Part shown: positions 25,964 through 40,969 of the stretch, in pieces
Layout of the letters: the number at the start of each line of letters is the position of its first letter
Position numbering within the stretch: position 1 is the stretch's first letter
Assembly (NCBI GenBank): GCA_021613535.1
Contig: CP075494.1
Span: 6,448,001-6,512,000 of the forward strand
DNA from: Adineta vaga
Taxonomy: Eukaryota; Animalia; Rotifera
DNA length: 64,000 nucleotides
Reading direction: 5' to 3'
Translations under genes and position numbers: made by a program
Notes under the pieces: model-generated
Seen by the model: only the letters and a program-made list of their open reading frames with translations
Databases searched by the model: none
Told to the model about the DNA's origin: nothing

Positions 25964-27497
25964 TTTAATATAATTTCATCGTTAAAGCATACTACGCAAC
26001 AAAGCTTTTTCTTGTCTTGACGTTTTTGCTCCTAACGATGACTTTTATGTCCAAAGAAATCTATTTCCTAATTAATGTACTTTGTCGATTATCTCATGGT
26101 GTTTTTTTTACCGGTGATCCGTAAGACTCAGTTGTTTTTGTGTTTTGCACACATACACACACACACACTTATATATATATATCTATATATACATGTATGT
26201 ATTAAGGCTTATTTCATTTAAATAACTGCTAAGCAGTTAGTTTAATATTATTTGCCTTCTAACCATAGCCATAACAAATAATAACTCCCTTTATGTAGCC
26301 AGATTACGTTGTACTTCCTTTTATCTTCTTCATTGTGTTTTTCTTCTTTCAATGTTTATCTCTGTTTGTTTTATTTTAAGCTGATATTTTTCTTTCTCTC
26401 TCTCTCTCTTGCTGAAAATATATACATACATATTTTTCTTTCTTTCTTGTGTTTTGGAGTTTCTCAGTATCGCTCAACTTGTTTCGTATCCGATGTAATT
26501 GTGTTTCTTTTGTTTTTGCATGTGTACATGCTTTATCACAATTGCAATTTTATCTATGAAATATAGATGAGTTAAGCAAATATGAAACTATTCTTCGATA
26601 TCTTACATAATTTTTTTCTCTTGTTTGAACGAGGGTATGATTTAATATAACAGATTGATATACAATTTCCAAATTCATATTAAAAAGAACAAGGACGAAT
26701 AGAGAGAATAACTACGAATTTGAATACTCTATGCACTCTAAGATGATCGTAGATGAAAAAGAAAAAAATTTGGTTTTCTCATTTTGTATATTTATCAAAT
26801 TCATAATGAAAATTGTTGTTTTTGATGTATCTATTGATATTATTGGTAATGAGAGATGTAATATAATATTGATAAAAATATGAAAATATGATGCGTATTA
26901 TGTTTATTGAATTATTTAGAGGGAAAGTACTTGTTTATGAAAAGGAATTCATGTTTTGTAGATGCGTAAATTTCCAGTACATTGAAATCTATTTAGATTT
27001 TTTTGTAATTTTATATTAATTAATTTTTAATATAAATATCTTCTTTTTCCTGACTGGAAAACAAGTTATACATCACTGTCTAGATCACTAATATAGTAAT
27101 GTCATGTTGGAATCTTTATCTGTTCAGAACAGTAATTCATTATGTCTTATAATATTTTATTCGAACACATCAATCATCTTCTTTTGACATTGTTATTCAA
27201 CAGATAGTTTTTTGATCTCTACATTTTACCAATCTAGTCCTATTATTTGACTTGAATTAGTTTTTCTTCTAGATGTTTCCATTAATTCTAAACGAACAGA
27301 TGTCTTATAAAATCAAGTGAAAATAATCGATACAAATAACATCTATTTGCATAAAAGAAATCGTTTAAGTATTGTTTATTTATCTGTAAAGAGGAAAAAA
27401 AGACCATTAAATGTTATGTTATAATAGAACTATATGATGTTTTATTGATCATGAAGATACGAATCTTCTTTTTTTGTTTTCTATTGAGAAAATTATT

Positions 27498-28049
27498 TTA
27501 TGGCTTTTTAACAATGGATGGAGTGTTACTATATATTTGTGATAGTCGCTTTTGTCGAATTTCCATTTGAGTTTCAATATTGAGACTTGAGCGATGAATT
27601 GGAGCATTTGGATTACGTATCGATGAATTTCGACGTACTACTTTCGATCCTGTCGAAGGTAGAAGTGGCGATTTTTTAACTAAAAGAAATCGATTTATAA
27701 ATGAAATGAAAATGTCTTTACAAAATATATACTTTGATCTGTTTTATTCTCATCATCGTCATCTGTTCGCCACATTTTATAACAAATACGTATTAATTTA
27801 ATAAATATAACAAGTAAAAATAAAGCGACAGCAACGACACCAATACCAATTAAAATATTACTAATAGATGAATCTTCATTTGGTCCTAGAAAAGAATTAT
27901 TACGAAGAATTGTTATGTATCAATAAGATTATACTTTTCATAAAAGTTTTCGTTTGAGAACCATTTCTAGTTAGATTTGTAATTTCAGTAATATTTAATG
28001 AAACAATAACATCAGATATTTCATCAGAATCATTGTCTGATAAACTCAT
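27498..28049 (-). CDS. Small single-pass membrane protein (3 exons), unknown function
   Basis: Manual splice MSLSDNDSDEIS..TFMK / PNEDSSISNILIGIGVVAVALFLLVIFIKLIRICYK.. / KKSPLL..SIVKKP*; short GT-AG introns keep the frame. Not in the ORF track. Confidence 0.7.
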
Positions 28050-29611
28050 TTTGATTTTAAATCTTTTTAAAACATACAAACGTAGTTTTTTTATCGTTTA
28101 ATTTTTGACAAGTTTGTCATTAACTATTCTTCTTTCGACAATAACAACACTATCGCCATAATAGTTGTTTTTTATCGCTTCTACCCTTATTTATAAGCAA
28201 CAGAGAAGTAACACAAAACACGACCTTCGACGTCATCGTACTCGGTATTAGTCATCTCATGCAACAAAATAACAATAAACCAAAAAAAAAAGAAAAACGA
28301 TAGCCTTGACTACGATCTTTATGACAAAGTATACTTATGTAATATTGACTTACCGTATGGTAGATATTCCGATAAGTGCGAATGATCTTTCAACGATTGT
28401 TTTTGCTGTTGATTTACAGTAGGTTCAATATCAATGATTAAATATGTTTGCCGTAGTTTATATCTGATTGATGTATTATAAATAAGAGCTTTTGAAGAGC
28501 AATGATGTTGACGTTCTGGTTCGATCATTATTAAAAGATCACTGGAAAAAAAATACTAAACACATTATTATATAGTAAATCGATAATGTCAATAATAGAT
28601 ACACAAATCAGTTTTTTCTCACCTGTGGACAAATGAAAAGTGCAATGGTGATGATGAATATATAATTGTGTAAGTGTAAATAATAGTAGAGACCTATAAT
28701 TGCTTGACTTTTTGAGTAAAAGAATACGATTAATTTGAAGATACATAAATATAATCGGAAAAACAGGTGTGTCGAAAGAATTTTAGAGGGTTCTGTAGGG
28801 ACAAGTGGTGAATAAGGTATTTAAATTTAACGAGGAAGAATATAAAGCAACTTTCTTGAACATTTTAATCTGTTGCTATTAAAATTAAATACGAATTATG
28901 AAATTATTTAACTATTACATAAAGTGATGTAGAAATCTAACATTTTTATGCACTTACTCAGGATAACTGACGCTTTCTATATTACTTATAGAATATTTTG
29001 CAAATATACTCGATGCTGACTTTTAAGAAAAAAGACTTCATGAAATTTACTTGCCAGGTGGACGACATATGTACATAATTCTTTCAAGAGAGTAGTAAAT
29101 TAATTCCAATCCTTGTACAGATTTCTTTTCTTCAATCTTTTACGAAAGAAAACCACTTGATACATAATGAAGTGTATGATTTTTCGCATGATTAACATGT
29201 TTTAGGCCTCGTTTATTACACTTGAATAAATATATTTGATCAGAATTTTTTGAAACCGTAAACAACAATGAGTTGTTGGTAATTGATTACTTCAAATTTT
29301 TACTCGGATAGGATAGAATTTCGATACAATTCAAACAAGTTCTAATTGATTTTAATGAAAAATAAATGTTGATAAATATTGAACGTGAAAGAAAAAGATC
29401 AATATCAAGAAATATTTTGTTCGAGCCAGTGTATAGAAAGTATGTTTTTTAGTGAATAGGAAAAATAAATGTTGATATTACTGAGACAGAAATTGAAGAA
29501 TAAAATATCATGTTTACTACCAACAACAACAAAATATTAAATATCTCAAATCAAAAGATTTTACTGTTCAATCATATTCACCATTCAGTTTCTGCATACA
29601 TTATTATCATC

Positions 29612-31077
29612 ATGCTTTTATCACAACGTAAATTAGCTATTATTTTTGGTATTGTAGCTTTCCTAACAGTAATACTAATAATCATATTAATCCCAATTTA
29701 TATGAGAGGTAATCGCAACACTACATCAACTGTAGCAACAATATTTATAAATACAAGTGCTACTATCAGTGAATCTAATCTGGCCACCACTGAAAGAGCT
29801 ACAACCATAGTCAATACTTCTTTCCATTCCAATCAATCAATAATTACAACGAAAACAACACCAGTTACTACTACTTCTACAACTGATTCAGTTCATCCAA
29901 ATACAAATCAAAGGATAACTATGGATGAAAGAAAAACAACTCTGATCTCGACTCAAAAACTAGTGACTACTGCTCGACAAATGTTTCCGAATGGAACAAT
30001 GGCAACAAATACCACAATATCAGATGAAAAGACAACATCTGATTTACCAGAAGAAATCGAAATAACAACGAATATAGTGTCTAACCATAAAACTACATCC
30101 ATTTATGAGAAGACGTCTTCAAACAATATAACAGCAATGACTATACCAATAACAGATCAAACATTGATCGTTGTTTCTACAAATGTATTTTTCGACGAAA
30201 CATCGACAGCAACTAGTATAGAATCAAGTCAAGAAGCTACCACTACTAACCCAAAAATATTATCAAATAAAACAGATGTAACAGTTAACACAATCTTGAT
30301 TCAGAACAATGAAACTACTACCATGTTAGAAGTTCTTCCAAAGAATATAACATCAACAACAGTCAGCACAATTTCACATCAAAAGAATGAAATCACTACG
30401 AAGCAAGAGATTCTTCCGAAGGAAACAACAACTACAGCAATTAGCAAAAACACGATCCAGGAAACTTCAGTTGATACTTCAAAAGTATATTTCGGGACAA
30501 TGGAAATAACGCCAATCAGCACAATAATGATGATGATGAAATCTACGATCTTGACAAATTCTAATGCAACAAAAATTGCAGCAACTATATCGCATTCAAG
30601 TACTATCGTCGATACAATAAATTCTTCCCAAAGTATATCAGATAATCTGTAAGTGTTGTAAAAGCATTCATCTTCTATTTTTTAGTGCCTACAACGCATA
30701 TCATGCCAACTGAATTAACAAAACAGAAAATTGCTACAAATAATGTGTCATATTCCACGCAACACAGTTTAATATCAATAACGTCAAGTATGTGATAATT
30801 TTGAGTCGAATCTATTACTATACAGAGCACCCCTACCCTCAAGATGTTATCTTGACAACCAGACTAAACATTACATGATCAAGTAGAAAAAGAACGAACT
30901 AAGAATCACATATAAAAGTCTTCCACAACAGAAGAGTTTGTAATCATACATTTATTCATCATAATCTCTACTGGATGATATTAAATTTCTTTTCTTTATT
31001 TTAAAAAAGGTTCCACATCAACTTCTACATTACAAACACATTTAACTACCAATAACACAAATTCCACATCATTATAA
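29612..31077 (+). CDS. Thr/Ser-rich mucin-like type II membrane protein
   Basis: MLLSQRK, TM LAIIFGIVAFLTVILIIILIPIY, then a long T/S-rich tract with many NxS/T sequons; small 3' exons about 30686-30787 and 31010-31077. Confidence 0.75.
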
Positions 31078-34000
31078 AGAATACATTTATTCTATCTCTT
31101 TTCGTTTCATAAGTAAGATAACCGATGAATATGATCAATAAATAATGTATAATGGCTAATGCTTCATAAAATGCGATCGTCCATTAACGCTTTCTATCAA
31201 CAAAATAGATAACGACATATTAAATCAGTCTTTTTTCATTCAATGATCCATTTTTATAAATCATTTATGATTCTATGTATTCATGAATATAATGGCTATC
31301 TATTTCCTTTAATATTCTTGTTGAGCAGATGTTGTCGCGAACTTGTTCATTCTTCGTTCTCACATCGCAATTCCGGAAGAAAATATGTATATATATATAT
31401 ATATTGGATGACCTTTCTCTGAAAAAAATGGGAAAGAAATTTGAGTATCAATGCGTATTATATCTAAATTGATGATGGGTGTCTGGATGAAATGAACAAT
31501 AGTTCTTTCTTTTTTCAAATAACGATAGTTAATCGATAGAAGCTTTTGAAAGTAGAGCAATATGAATGAATGAATTGTTGTTGATCTTTTTTCCTAGAAT
31601 CACAATAGTTGTGTATATGTATTCAATTGTTCGAAGAAATAGACAGGAAACTGTACAAATTCCCTGTAAGTAGATGAACACAATTTGTCTCCGCCCCCCA
31701 ACTGTGCGATTAAGTACATTGACACACAAAAAAAGAGCCTTGATGCTTTTTGATTGATCGAGTTAGTTAATTGGACAAGCTAATGCAAACGTCTACTCGT
31801 TAATGTTCAAAAGGAAGAATCACACACACACACACTCACATGAAAGGGTCAAACGGAAGAGAACGAACGCTCGTAAATTTCAAAGACAAACATATGAGTT
31901 AGTTGTTCATTGGGAAAAGAGTGCAAAGCATTGTACAGATGTGTAATGACGACTGTTCGTTATTTTAATGATTGTAACTTTCTCTTTCTTTTCTTTTTCT
32001 CACTCGTCTCATTGCCTTCGGATATAGAATGAATGTGACCACAGCATTCATTTTCTAACTCAAATTGAGAATAGAATGAAAAAGAAAAAAAAAAGGTATC
32101 CACTTGAGACTTCGACAATAGAGTCTATTTCTGTACCTAGAAGCATAGTGAGAGAACTAATCAAGCAATGCTCTAGATCTAATCCATTCCTGATCACATG
32201 CATGAATGACGAATATGATATAGAATAATCCCTTCATTCTTTCTCGCTGTGTCGTCTGTGATTGCTTTATTTCTTTTAATTGCAAATAGTAACTGAATTC
32301 CATTGTGTCAAGAAAATTTCCAATATGTAGTGGTAAGATAGATATGTCTGTATATGATGAGAAAAGGTCGTGACTTGATTGTTTTTCCTTGAATTGATAT
32401 GTATGATTGTCTGTGTCCTACATATTAAGATCTAATTGCATGCGACGATGTGCTTTGTTCATCAAGCGTGCTATGTATGTGTGTACTTGTTCATTCATTG
32501 TATATGTCTATTGACCATACAAACTCGTTTTTATTTTTAATCAACCAACTGAGTATCGTCATCAGAGTGGTACTCTTAACAATGAATAACGGTGAGAACG
32601 ATCACTCGAATTACCTACTTGAGTAGTCTACATTTGTTGAAAGTTTTAATAATACTCGATATTTGTATAGTCTATATAGTTGAAGTAACAGCTGACTATA
32701 TTATTCCGCTCAATTCATCAGTCTAAATGCAGAAGATATTGGTAAAAATCATTACGTCAGTGTCATCTGCTGTTTTGCAATTGTTTAACGATAAGGAGAA
32801 GAGAAACAAGAATTCATCTTTCATTTGGCATTCGTTAGTATTCAGGTGCAGTGAACATCTGTGCGAATCTTTAGAAGAAAAAAAAGATAATATATTATTA
32901 CATCATTGTATATACGTTTTCTTTTTTTTTCTCCATTAGAATTCACAATTGAATGTGACACAAAACTAAGTATAATTTGCTTTTAATATCTTAAATAGAA
33001 CTAAGAAACTTTTCTGATGAATAAAATGACATTTTCCGTTTCTTTTCTCTTCATAGTTGGTCCGCCTTTCTCTTTCATTGATAAAATTCAATTTAGTTTG
33101 TTAAACATATGCATGTGCTGGTTATCATGGGAAAGCTACGAGCTGCTATTCTTTCCTAATAAAAGGTTATTCTCATAGTCATTATTAGTGCTTCTTGTTC
33201 GACATGTTCATATGCCACAAGTCATTCTCTTCCGGTTAGTTCTGATCGTAGCTGTTATTATCCTCCCACTGTGCATCTTAGTCATCGTTTGAATGATGAT
33301 TATCGACGACTAATTGTATATAGATGTGAACAGAGAAAAAGAAAAACAGCAGAGAGAGAGAGAGAGAAAGAGAAAGAAGAAAAAATAAGCACAACCAGAG
33401 CGGCTGTTCATCGACTAATGCGAGCACAACCATCACTAACCGTGTCGGGTATTGTTCACACGTAGAGTAAAGATTTTCTTCTTAGTATTCATCGCTGTCA
33501 TCATCGTGTCTATCTAATTATAAAGTTGAGCACATCATCCGAACAATACCTATCGTGAAAAGGTTTGTTTATCGATTTTGAATTATAGATTGCATCTCAT
33601 TAATCAAGCATAATAAATACGTTTGTCTTTCTTGATCAAATGTCATCGTCAATGATGTATACTCACCGTCTTCATATTTGATCGGTTTAACAGTATGACA
33701 AGATTGAAGTGATAATCATTTTTTTTTGATTTTATGTAAATATTTTTCATTTGATCTACATAGAACTGAGACTCGTTATTGAAACGGACGTGACTTTTAC
33801 TTGACAAGCGTTCAAGCATTAATAATAACAGCATATTAGTTCAATCGTAAAACATTAGGCCCTTGTACATTTAAGCAATAGACACTTACTATTATTACCC
33901 TATTTGATAAATATATACTTGCGCACAAAGATTTGTTCTCGTTTCATGTTTTCTAATTAAAAAATCGTTGTTTTATCGCAGAATATTGAGTAGTCTTTCT

Positions 34001-34280
34001 TTTGATCTCGTCTGTTGAGAGAGAGAGAGAGAGAGAAAAATGAAGCGACTTAACCCTCAAGCAATTGAGTATGTGCGTATGTGTTGCGCAGTCGTGTCAT
34101 GTTATCACATTAAGATATTATGCAAGTACATCATCATCATCATTATCATCATCTTCTCCTCACTAGGATGAATGTTGAAATAGGAGATAGATTCCTTCAT
34201 TTTGTTATGTTTATTACTCAGTCAGAATTACTTATCAGCTCTTTATTATATTTTCAGATATATGAGTATTGATTAGAAAT

Positions 34281-37200
34281 ATGATGAAAGTATTAATAAG
34301 TGTTTTAGTAATGATTCAAACAATTAATTCACTTGAATTAAGTATGCATATCAAGTATTTTTTTTAATTTAATTTTAAAATCAACTTTTTCTTGTATAGA
34401 AAAATCATCAAGTTGTCAAACAGCTTTAGGAATGCAATCAGGTTCAATTCCGGATTCAGCTATATCAGCATCGAGTAGTTATGATATCAATACTGTTGGA
34501 CCAAAAGCTAGTCGGTAAGTGATTGATATTTACTGATGATGAATAAATCTGTCGATGGCTATTTTTCTAGAGCACGAACTGAACAGTACGGTGGTGCATG
34601 GTGTCCATTGCATAAAGTTGCATCAATACCAAATGAATGGCTAGAGATCAATTTCGATAATTTAACTTATTTAACACAGGTAGAAACGCAAGGTCGTTTC
34701 AATAATGGTCAAGGAAAAGAATATGCAGATTATTATATATTAATGTACACTCGATTGGACAATCTTAAACATGATGAAATAGTATGGATTGAATATAAAC
34801 CGAACAATGAACGTCAAAATTCGACATGGATACGAGCAAATCAAAATACTTATATAGGAGAAATTCGACAATTGGGTAAGTGTTACTATAAACTTATACA
34901 GATATTCGAGAGTATTGTATTGAAATATGAATGTTTATTTAGATCCACCGATTGTTGCCAAACGACTTCGTTTTTATCCTGTTAGCAAACAAAGTCGAAC
35001 TATATGCATGCGTGTTGAAGTGTAAGTATGAAATATCTCGGTCGTTTCTCGCAAGTTTTGTCGTTGTCATTTTTAGTTATGGTTGTTTATTTTCCGATGG
35101 TATTGTTTCCTATTCAATGCCACAAGGACGTACCGATGTCAATTCATTTGGTGATGATACTTATGATGGAAAATATCTGCCTTCGAAAAATATATTAATT
35201 AATGGTCTCGGTCAATTATCAGATGGTATCACTGGTACAGAAGAGATCACTGTTCGTGATGGTCGTCAACCATGGATTGGTTGGTCTAATCAAACAAATG
35301 GTTTTATTCGAATAGAATTTCAATTTGATACTATTCGTCAAATCAATCGTGTAACAATCCATACGAATAATTTATTTTCGAAACAAATTCTAATATTTAA
35401 AACAGCTATTGTATCATTTTCGATTGATAATGAAGAAAAAAATTATTCACATTCTGTAATTTATCAACATAATCGAGACGATATATTTGAAATCGCTCGT
35501 CCAATATTAATCGAATTAAATAATCAAATTGGTAAATTTGTTCGATTAGATTTATATTTCGATTCGAAATGGTTATTAATCAGTGAAGTAACATTTGATT
35601 CACAGATTTATAATCCGAAAACTGAAAAGAAAACGGAAATTAAAGACAAAACTCTACGAAAAACTCTTACAATGGGAAAAGAAATACGTAAACAGCATGT
35701 AAATACTCAACAACTCATATCCACAACAACAATAATGACATCGATCAATGCAAAACTTAATATTCCCACAATTTTGACGGTTGAATTGTACTTAGCATTT
35801 CTTATCGGTGCATTGATTGCTATTGGTATCCTACTCTTTGTTTCATTGATATGGATTATTCGTCGAAAGAAGAAACTACGATTTCAAAAGTAAAAATTCT
35901 CATCATTCAAGAGTCGTTTCTTCTTATATGATTCTATTTTGTAGATTAACGGAAAAACCAGGTAGTAATTCTTCATGTTATACGTATCCCACATTACCTG
36001 TCCGTGAATTCTATGATTTGAATGTACCTATTACAAATACAAATGATGATCGTGATTATGCGGTTCCGGATGTGAATTTCTATTCGACATTTTCTCCGGC
36101 ACATCATGTATATAGTCCTCATTTGATACGAACATCAACAGCAAATACAAATCCATATCCAACATTAAAACCAATTTCATATTGTTGTTTACATCATCCA
36201 CACCAACAGGAACATCCATATGCAACAATGTGTCAACAAATATCGCCTCCTACTATTCAAGATATTTCATCGATTGAAGCAACTTGCGGAAATAGTTTAA
36301 TGATTAAATTAAATCCAAATGTTCAAAATCAACAGATGTCAATGAAGGAAATCAATAATGATCAATTAGTTTTCATTGAGAAAATTGGTGATGGATCATT
36401 TGGAAGTCTTCATATAGCTGAAATGAATGTTGATAATGCGATAGAGAAAGAAACTGTTATAGTAAAGTTATTAAATGATAATATTGGTGATCAAACGAAG
36501 TAAGTTATATTTCATGTAAATCGAAAGATTTTCTCATAACTATGTTTATTGTATCCTACTTAAGAACATTATTTTGGAATGAAATTGAATCGATTTCTAC
36601 ATTGAAGAATCCTAATGTATGTTCTATATTGGGTATTTCAACTTCACAACAAACAATGGCAATATTTGAATACTATTCACTTGATCTATATCAATACCTT
36701 CGTCAACAATCAATTCCATTAGATAATTGTTCTGCTGCGAGTTTCTTACTTTCATTAGCATGTCAAATAGCAGCAGGAATGAAATATTTATCATCTTTTC
36801 ATATAGTTCATCGAGATTTAGCAACACGAAATTGTTTGATTTCACCAATTAATCATCAATTACATCTAACAGATATTGCTATGGCAAAATCAGAATATTC
36901 AAATGATTATGCACGAATTGGATCACTTCAATCACGTATTCCTTTACGATGGATTGCACCTGAATATCTCTTCTCAAATGAATTTTCTCTTAAATCAGAT
37001 ATTTGGTCATTTGGTGTAACACTCTATGAATTATTTACATATGCACGTCAACGACCTTACCATTCATTAACAAATGAACAATTAGTACAACAATTAGCTA
37101 CTTTGTCACAAATACAAATGACATCATCGTTAATGACAAAAGATTTTCATCTACCAAAACCAGAATTATGTTCAAAAGAAATCTATGATATGATGTGTGA

Positions 37201-37309
37201 ATGTTGGCAACCAGATGCTCTTCGTCGACCATCATTTGCTGATATCTATATATTTTTAATTAGTCGTGCATCAGGTTCATCATCTTTATTAATATTACCA
37301 GGATTATAA
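34281..37309 (+). CDS. DDR: Discoidin domain receptor tyrosine kinase (DDR family)
   Basis: Signal peptide, F5/8C domain (CQTALGMQSG..GGAWCP..TQGR..CMRVE), DS-like domain (GLGQLSDG..WLLISEVTF), TM, tyrosine kinase HRDLATRNC..PLRWIAPE..SDIWSFGVTLYE. Confidence 0.93.
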
Positions 37310-37644
37310 AAGAAAAATATTAGTATTGTCTGAAAATACAGAGTTTTTTGCCTATCTATTTTTGATTTTGATCAAATATATATATATATACATATATGTT
37401 TGTGTGTGTGTGTGTGTATAGATTCTATACTGTGGGATCAACATTGACTGACATCTATCGATGGAAGAAAAGTCTCATATGATGTTTTTTTCTCTCCTCA
37501 TTCTCTGCAAAAAGAAGAAAAAAAGTCAACAATAACTATTGACGAATAAATAATAGTTTCAATTTTATAGTATGGTAACAGATATTCATAGAATGTTCCA
37601 TTATTTGAAGAATTAGAATGATTATTTTATATTAATTATATAAA

Positions 37645-38629
37645 ATGGGTAATCATCATTCAGTAAAACGTGAATGTTTACATGAAGCTATTCGACGCAA
37701 AGATGTGAAAAAGATCAAACAAATTGTATACAATAGTGATATTGATTTCATTAAAAATGATTTTAAATCTCTTGAACTTGCTACACTTTATAATCTTACT
37801 GAAGTTGTGGAACTTCTACTCAGCCGTGGTTGTGTACCTAGAGACAAACGAACAGCACGAGCATTTGATCTTGGTAAAACAAAATTGATTATTTAAACAA
37901 ATCACATTTTTTGTTCTTATTTTTAGCTGTTTGGAAATGTCATAAAGATATTGCAACGATGTTTTTAAAAGCTGGTATTGAATATAAAGGAAGAAATCAA
38001 TTTAATGAAACGATCTTATTTGTATCTGCATGTGGAAATAATTCTACATTAACAGAAATTCTCATTGAAGGTGGTTGTGATTTAAATGAATGTACTCGTA
38101 GTTGGACAGCTTTACACGTAGCTGCAGCAAGAAATCATGATGAAGTCTTACGAGTACTTGTTAAACATGGATGTGATTTGAATATACGTGATCGAGATGG
38201 TAAAAATAAGTGAAAAGTTTTTTTTAATGAATTTCTATCTAAGTTTTTGTAGGTTTTAATGCATTAATGTTAGCAATATTGAATGAAAATTTAAAGAATA
38301 TTAAACTTCTTGTTCAATGTGGTTGTTCAATTAATATTGAAGAACTTTATTCGACACCATGTCTTGCTAAACAATTAACGAAATATCCTGAAATTGAACG
38401 TATTCTTTGGAATGAACGTACACGTGCTAAAAATCTCAAAGAATTATGTCGTCTTCGAATTCGTTCATCATTAGGTCAACGTTTAATGAAGAAAACTTCA
38501 TTATTACTATTACCAATTCGTTTGAAAGATTATGTTGCATTGAGAGAATTATTTCCTTCATGTGAAGAACAACAACAGATGACATTAACTCGATTACCAC
38601 GCACGAATCTTCAAGCAATTCAATCCTAA
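37645..38629 (+). CDS. Ankyrin repeat and SOCS box protein (3 exons)
   Basis: Ankyrin repeats (WTALHVAAARNHDEVLRVLVKHG); C-terminal NLKELCRLRIR..LPIRLKDYV SOCS box; MGNHHS possible myristoylation start. Confidence 0.88.
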
Positions 38630-38864
38630 ATAGTCATTTTGTTGTTTACTTTCATTCTGTAATTAACAAAACAGTATTTTCTTTCTTGCTTCAGACTAGT
38701 CGTATTCTATGTTGTATATTCAGATCGTTTTGAATTTTTTCAACTTTTCTTTTTTGGAAATATAAAGGGATGAAGATCTTGTAAATGCTTCTATAGATTG
38801 AACAAATGAAGTCTATCGTAAATGATGAAAAGATTCTGTTTTTAACATTGCTTCAGATTGATTC

Positions 38865-40507
38865 ATGTCTGTTTCATCAGCATCGACATCTCGTCGTTCA
38901 TCTGCTTCTACTATCAATTCTAAAACATCAAAACCTCCTCCTTCTTCTTCCTCCTCGACACCTTTACAGGTGATAATATTTAAACATGATTTCTTTTTTC
39001 AATTTCAATTATTCAGAATCTTCAAAGGGAAAACGAATCACTTCGTCTAGAAATTCTTTCCTTACAAAAAATTCTTGCTACACCACTCGATGAAAATCGT
39101 CGTTATGTACATTTTCGATATCAGATTTATTCTTTGGAAAAACAAATTGCTCTATTAACACGATTACTTGATGCAAAAAGAGAAGCAGTAGCAACATGTG
39201 AAACAATTCTCTTAGAACTCAATCCATTTCTCGTGTAAGAATGATAAACATTTTCTCAATCTTTTTATAAACTTGTTTTCTTTCATAATATAGAAATCTA
39301 AAAGATAGAGTTCATCGAAAAGAAAATCTTGATGAATCCATTTTACAATCCTGGATTGATCGAATTGAAAGTAATCGAAAGAAATCATTCAAATCGATGC
39401 AGGTAGAATTCATTGATTCGCCATTCTCTTTGTTCAAATGGGTTCTTCTAGGATCATGCTAGTCTATCGGATAATGATACATTCTTTGCACCTAATAGTT
39501 TGAAATATGTTAATCAAGAACCAGTTCATCTTTTGGATATCTGTTCGGGAAAAATGGAACATTTAAATTTAAAAAATATCGTCAGTAATCGTTTCGTGAA
39601 TTGTATCTTTGTATTCTTCTTTGTTTTAGGCGAATTTAGAAAGTTCATTGTATGATCTTCATTCCGATCTTCGTTCATTCCAAAATGAATTACTTGATCA
39701 AACAAATCATTGTATATTTCCTAATCTTGATAGAAATCTACTTCAACATTCGAAAGACTTATCCGATAAAATCAATAGTACAACAAATGAATTATTCTAT
39801 CTATCAATTCTTGTTCCAACTCGAGTAAACCTAGTATTCTTTTTTAATCTAACTATGAGAAAATAAAATTTTGTTCTCAGCATCAAAAATGTACATTTGC
39901 TTCAGAACAAATCACAACGGATCTCATTTGTCAACGAATCAATACTCAATTTCGTTTATCACCTAATATCAAACTTTATCTTCAATCAATCTTCGATTCT
40001 CTTATATCTGTATTTAATCATGAAATTCATTTATTAAAACTTGAACTAAATAAAAAAACTCAACAGTTATCTTTCTATCGGCATTCGTTAACAAAAATTC
40101 ATTGTCAATACATACAAAATTTCATGGAAGTCTTATCCAAAGGTCAACAATCATTTAATAAACAATTACAAACCATTCTTTATGAACCATTAGTAAATAT
40201 AATGAAAGAATTCAATCAAATGAATAATGAAAAAACAGATGAATCATTGAAATCATTTCTATTTACTTTTAAAATTCATGTTGATCAATTCAATGAAGTT
40301 CTTCATGATCTTTATCAACAAATTACTGATGGTTCGAAAGCAACTGAACAATTATTTATGGAAACAAATGAACAAATGTGGAAAGATATTGAAAAACAAC
40401 AAAAACAATTACTCAATGAAATATCTTCAACAAAACAAGAAGAAATTCGTTGTGATAAAAATTCTTTGTATGATCTTTTTCATGTATTAGATTTATCTGA
40501 TTCGTAA
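38865..40507 (+). CDS. Uncharacterised coiled-coil protein, multi-exon
   Basis: Consecutive short exons separated by GT-AG introns; Ser-rich start, helical L/E/Q-rich sequence; no family recognised. Confidence 0.7.
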
Positions 40508-40969
40508 AAAGAATGTTTAATAAAGAATAACGTTTTTTTCCACGAAAAGTAGTTGTATCGGTTTTTATTGAGTCTGCAGGTATGTCGAATAACATCAGAA
40601 AGAGAATGAGTGAGTTTTTAAATTTTTTCCAACTTAGACAGGAAAAGAAAAACATCGGAGCATACGTGTGTGCATGCAATCATGATGAAAAATGTGCCCT
40701 TCCAAGATAAATAAATATAAAAAGGATTCTTTGCTGTACTTTTATTTCTTTACTAAAATTGAGTTGTCGCTTGTGAAATCGCAAGTAAGATAAAAAATTT
40801 CATTTTCTACAAAAAACATCGTTCTTTCAATATTGTCGGTTATCGTAAAGCTTAGAAAATTCATACGTTTAATACTTAAGAATAGAATATAAATCTGTAG
40901 TATAATGACCCGCAAGTCTGACATTATTTTCTCGCTAATATTGCTTTTTAGATAATTAAAGATTGAACA

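Noticed and set aside
26560-27400. Possible gene remnant after HDAC4
   Set aside because: The minus-strand frames I translated are interrupted and show no motif; no spliced model could be supported.
31100-34280. Long non-coding region upstream of DDR with short ORFs and (GA)n/(CA)n runs
   Set aside because: Consistent with regulatory sequence and 5' UTR introns; the ORFs are low-complexity and unsupported.
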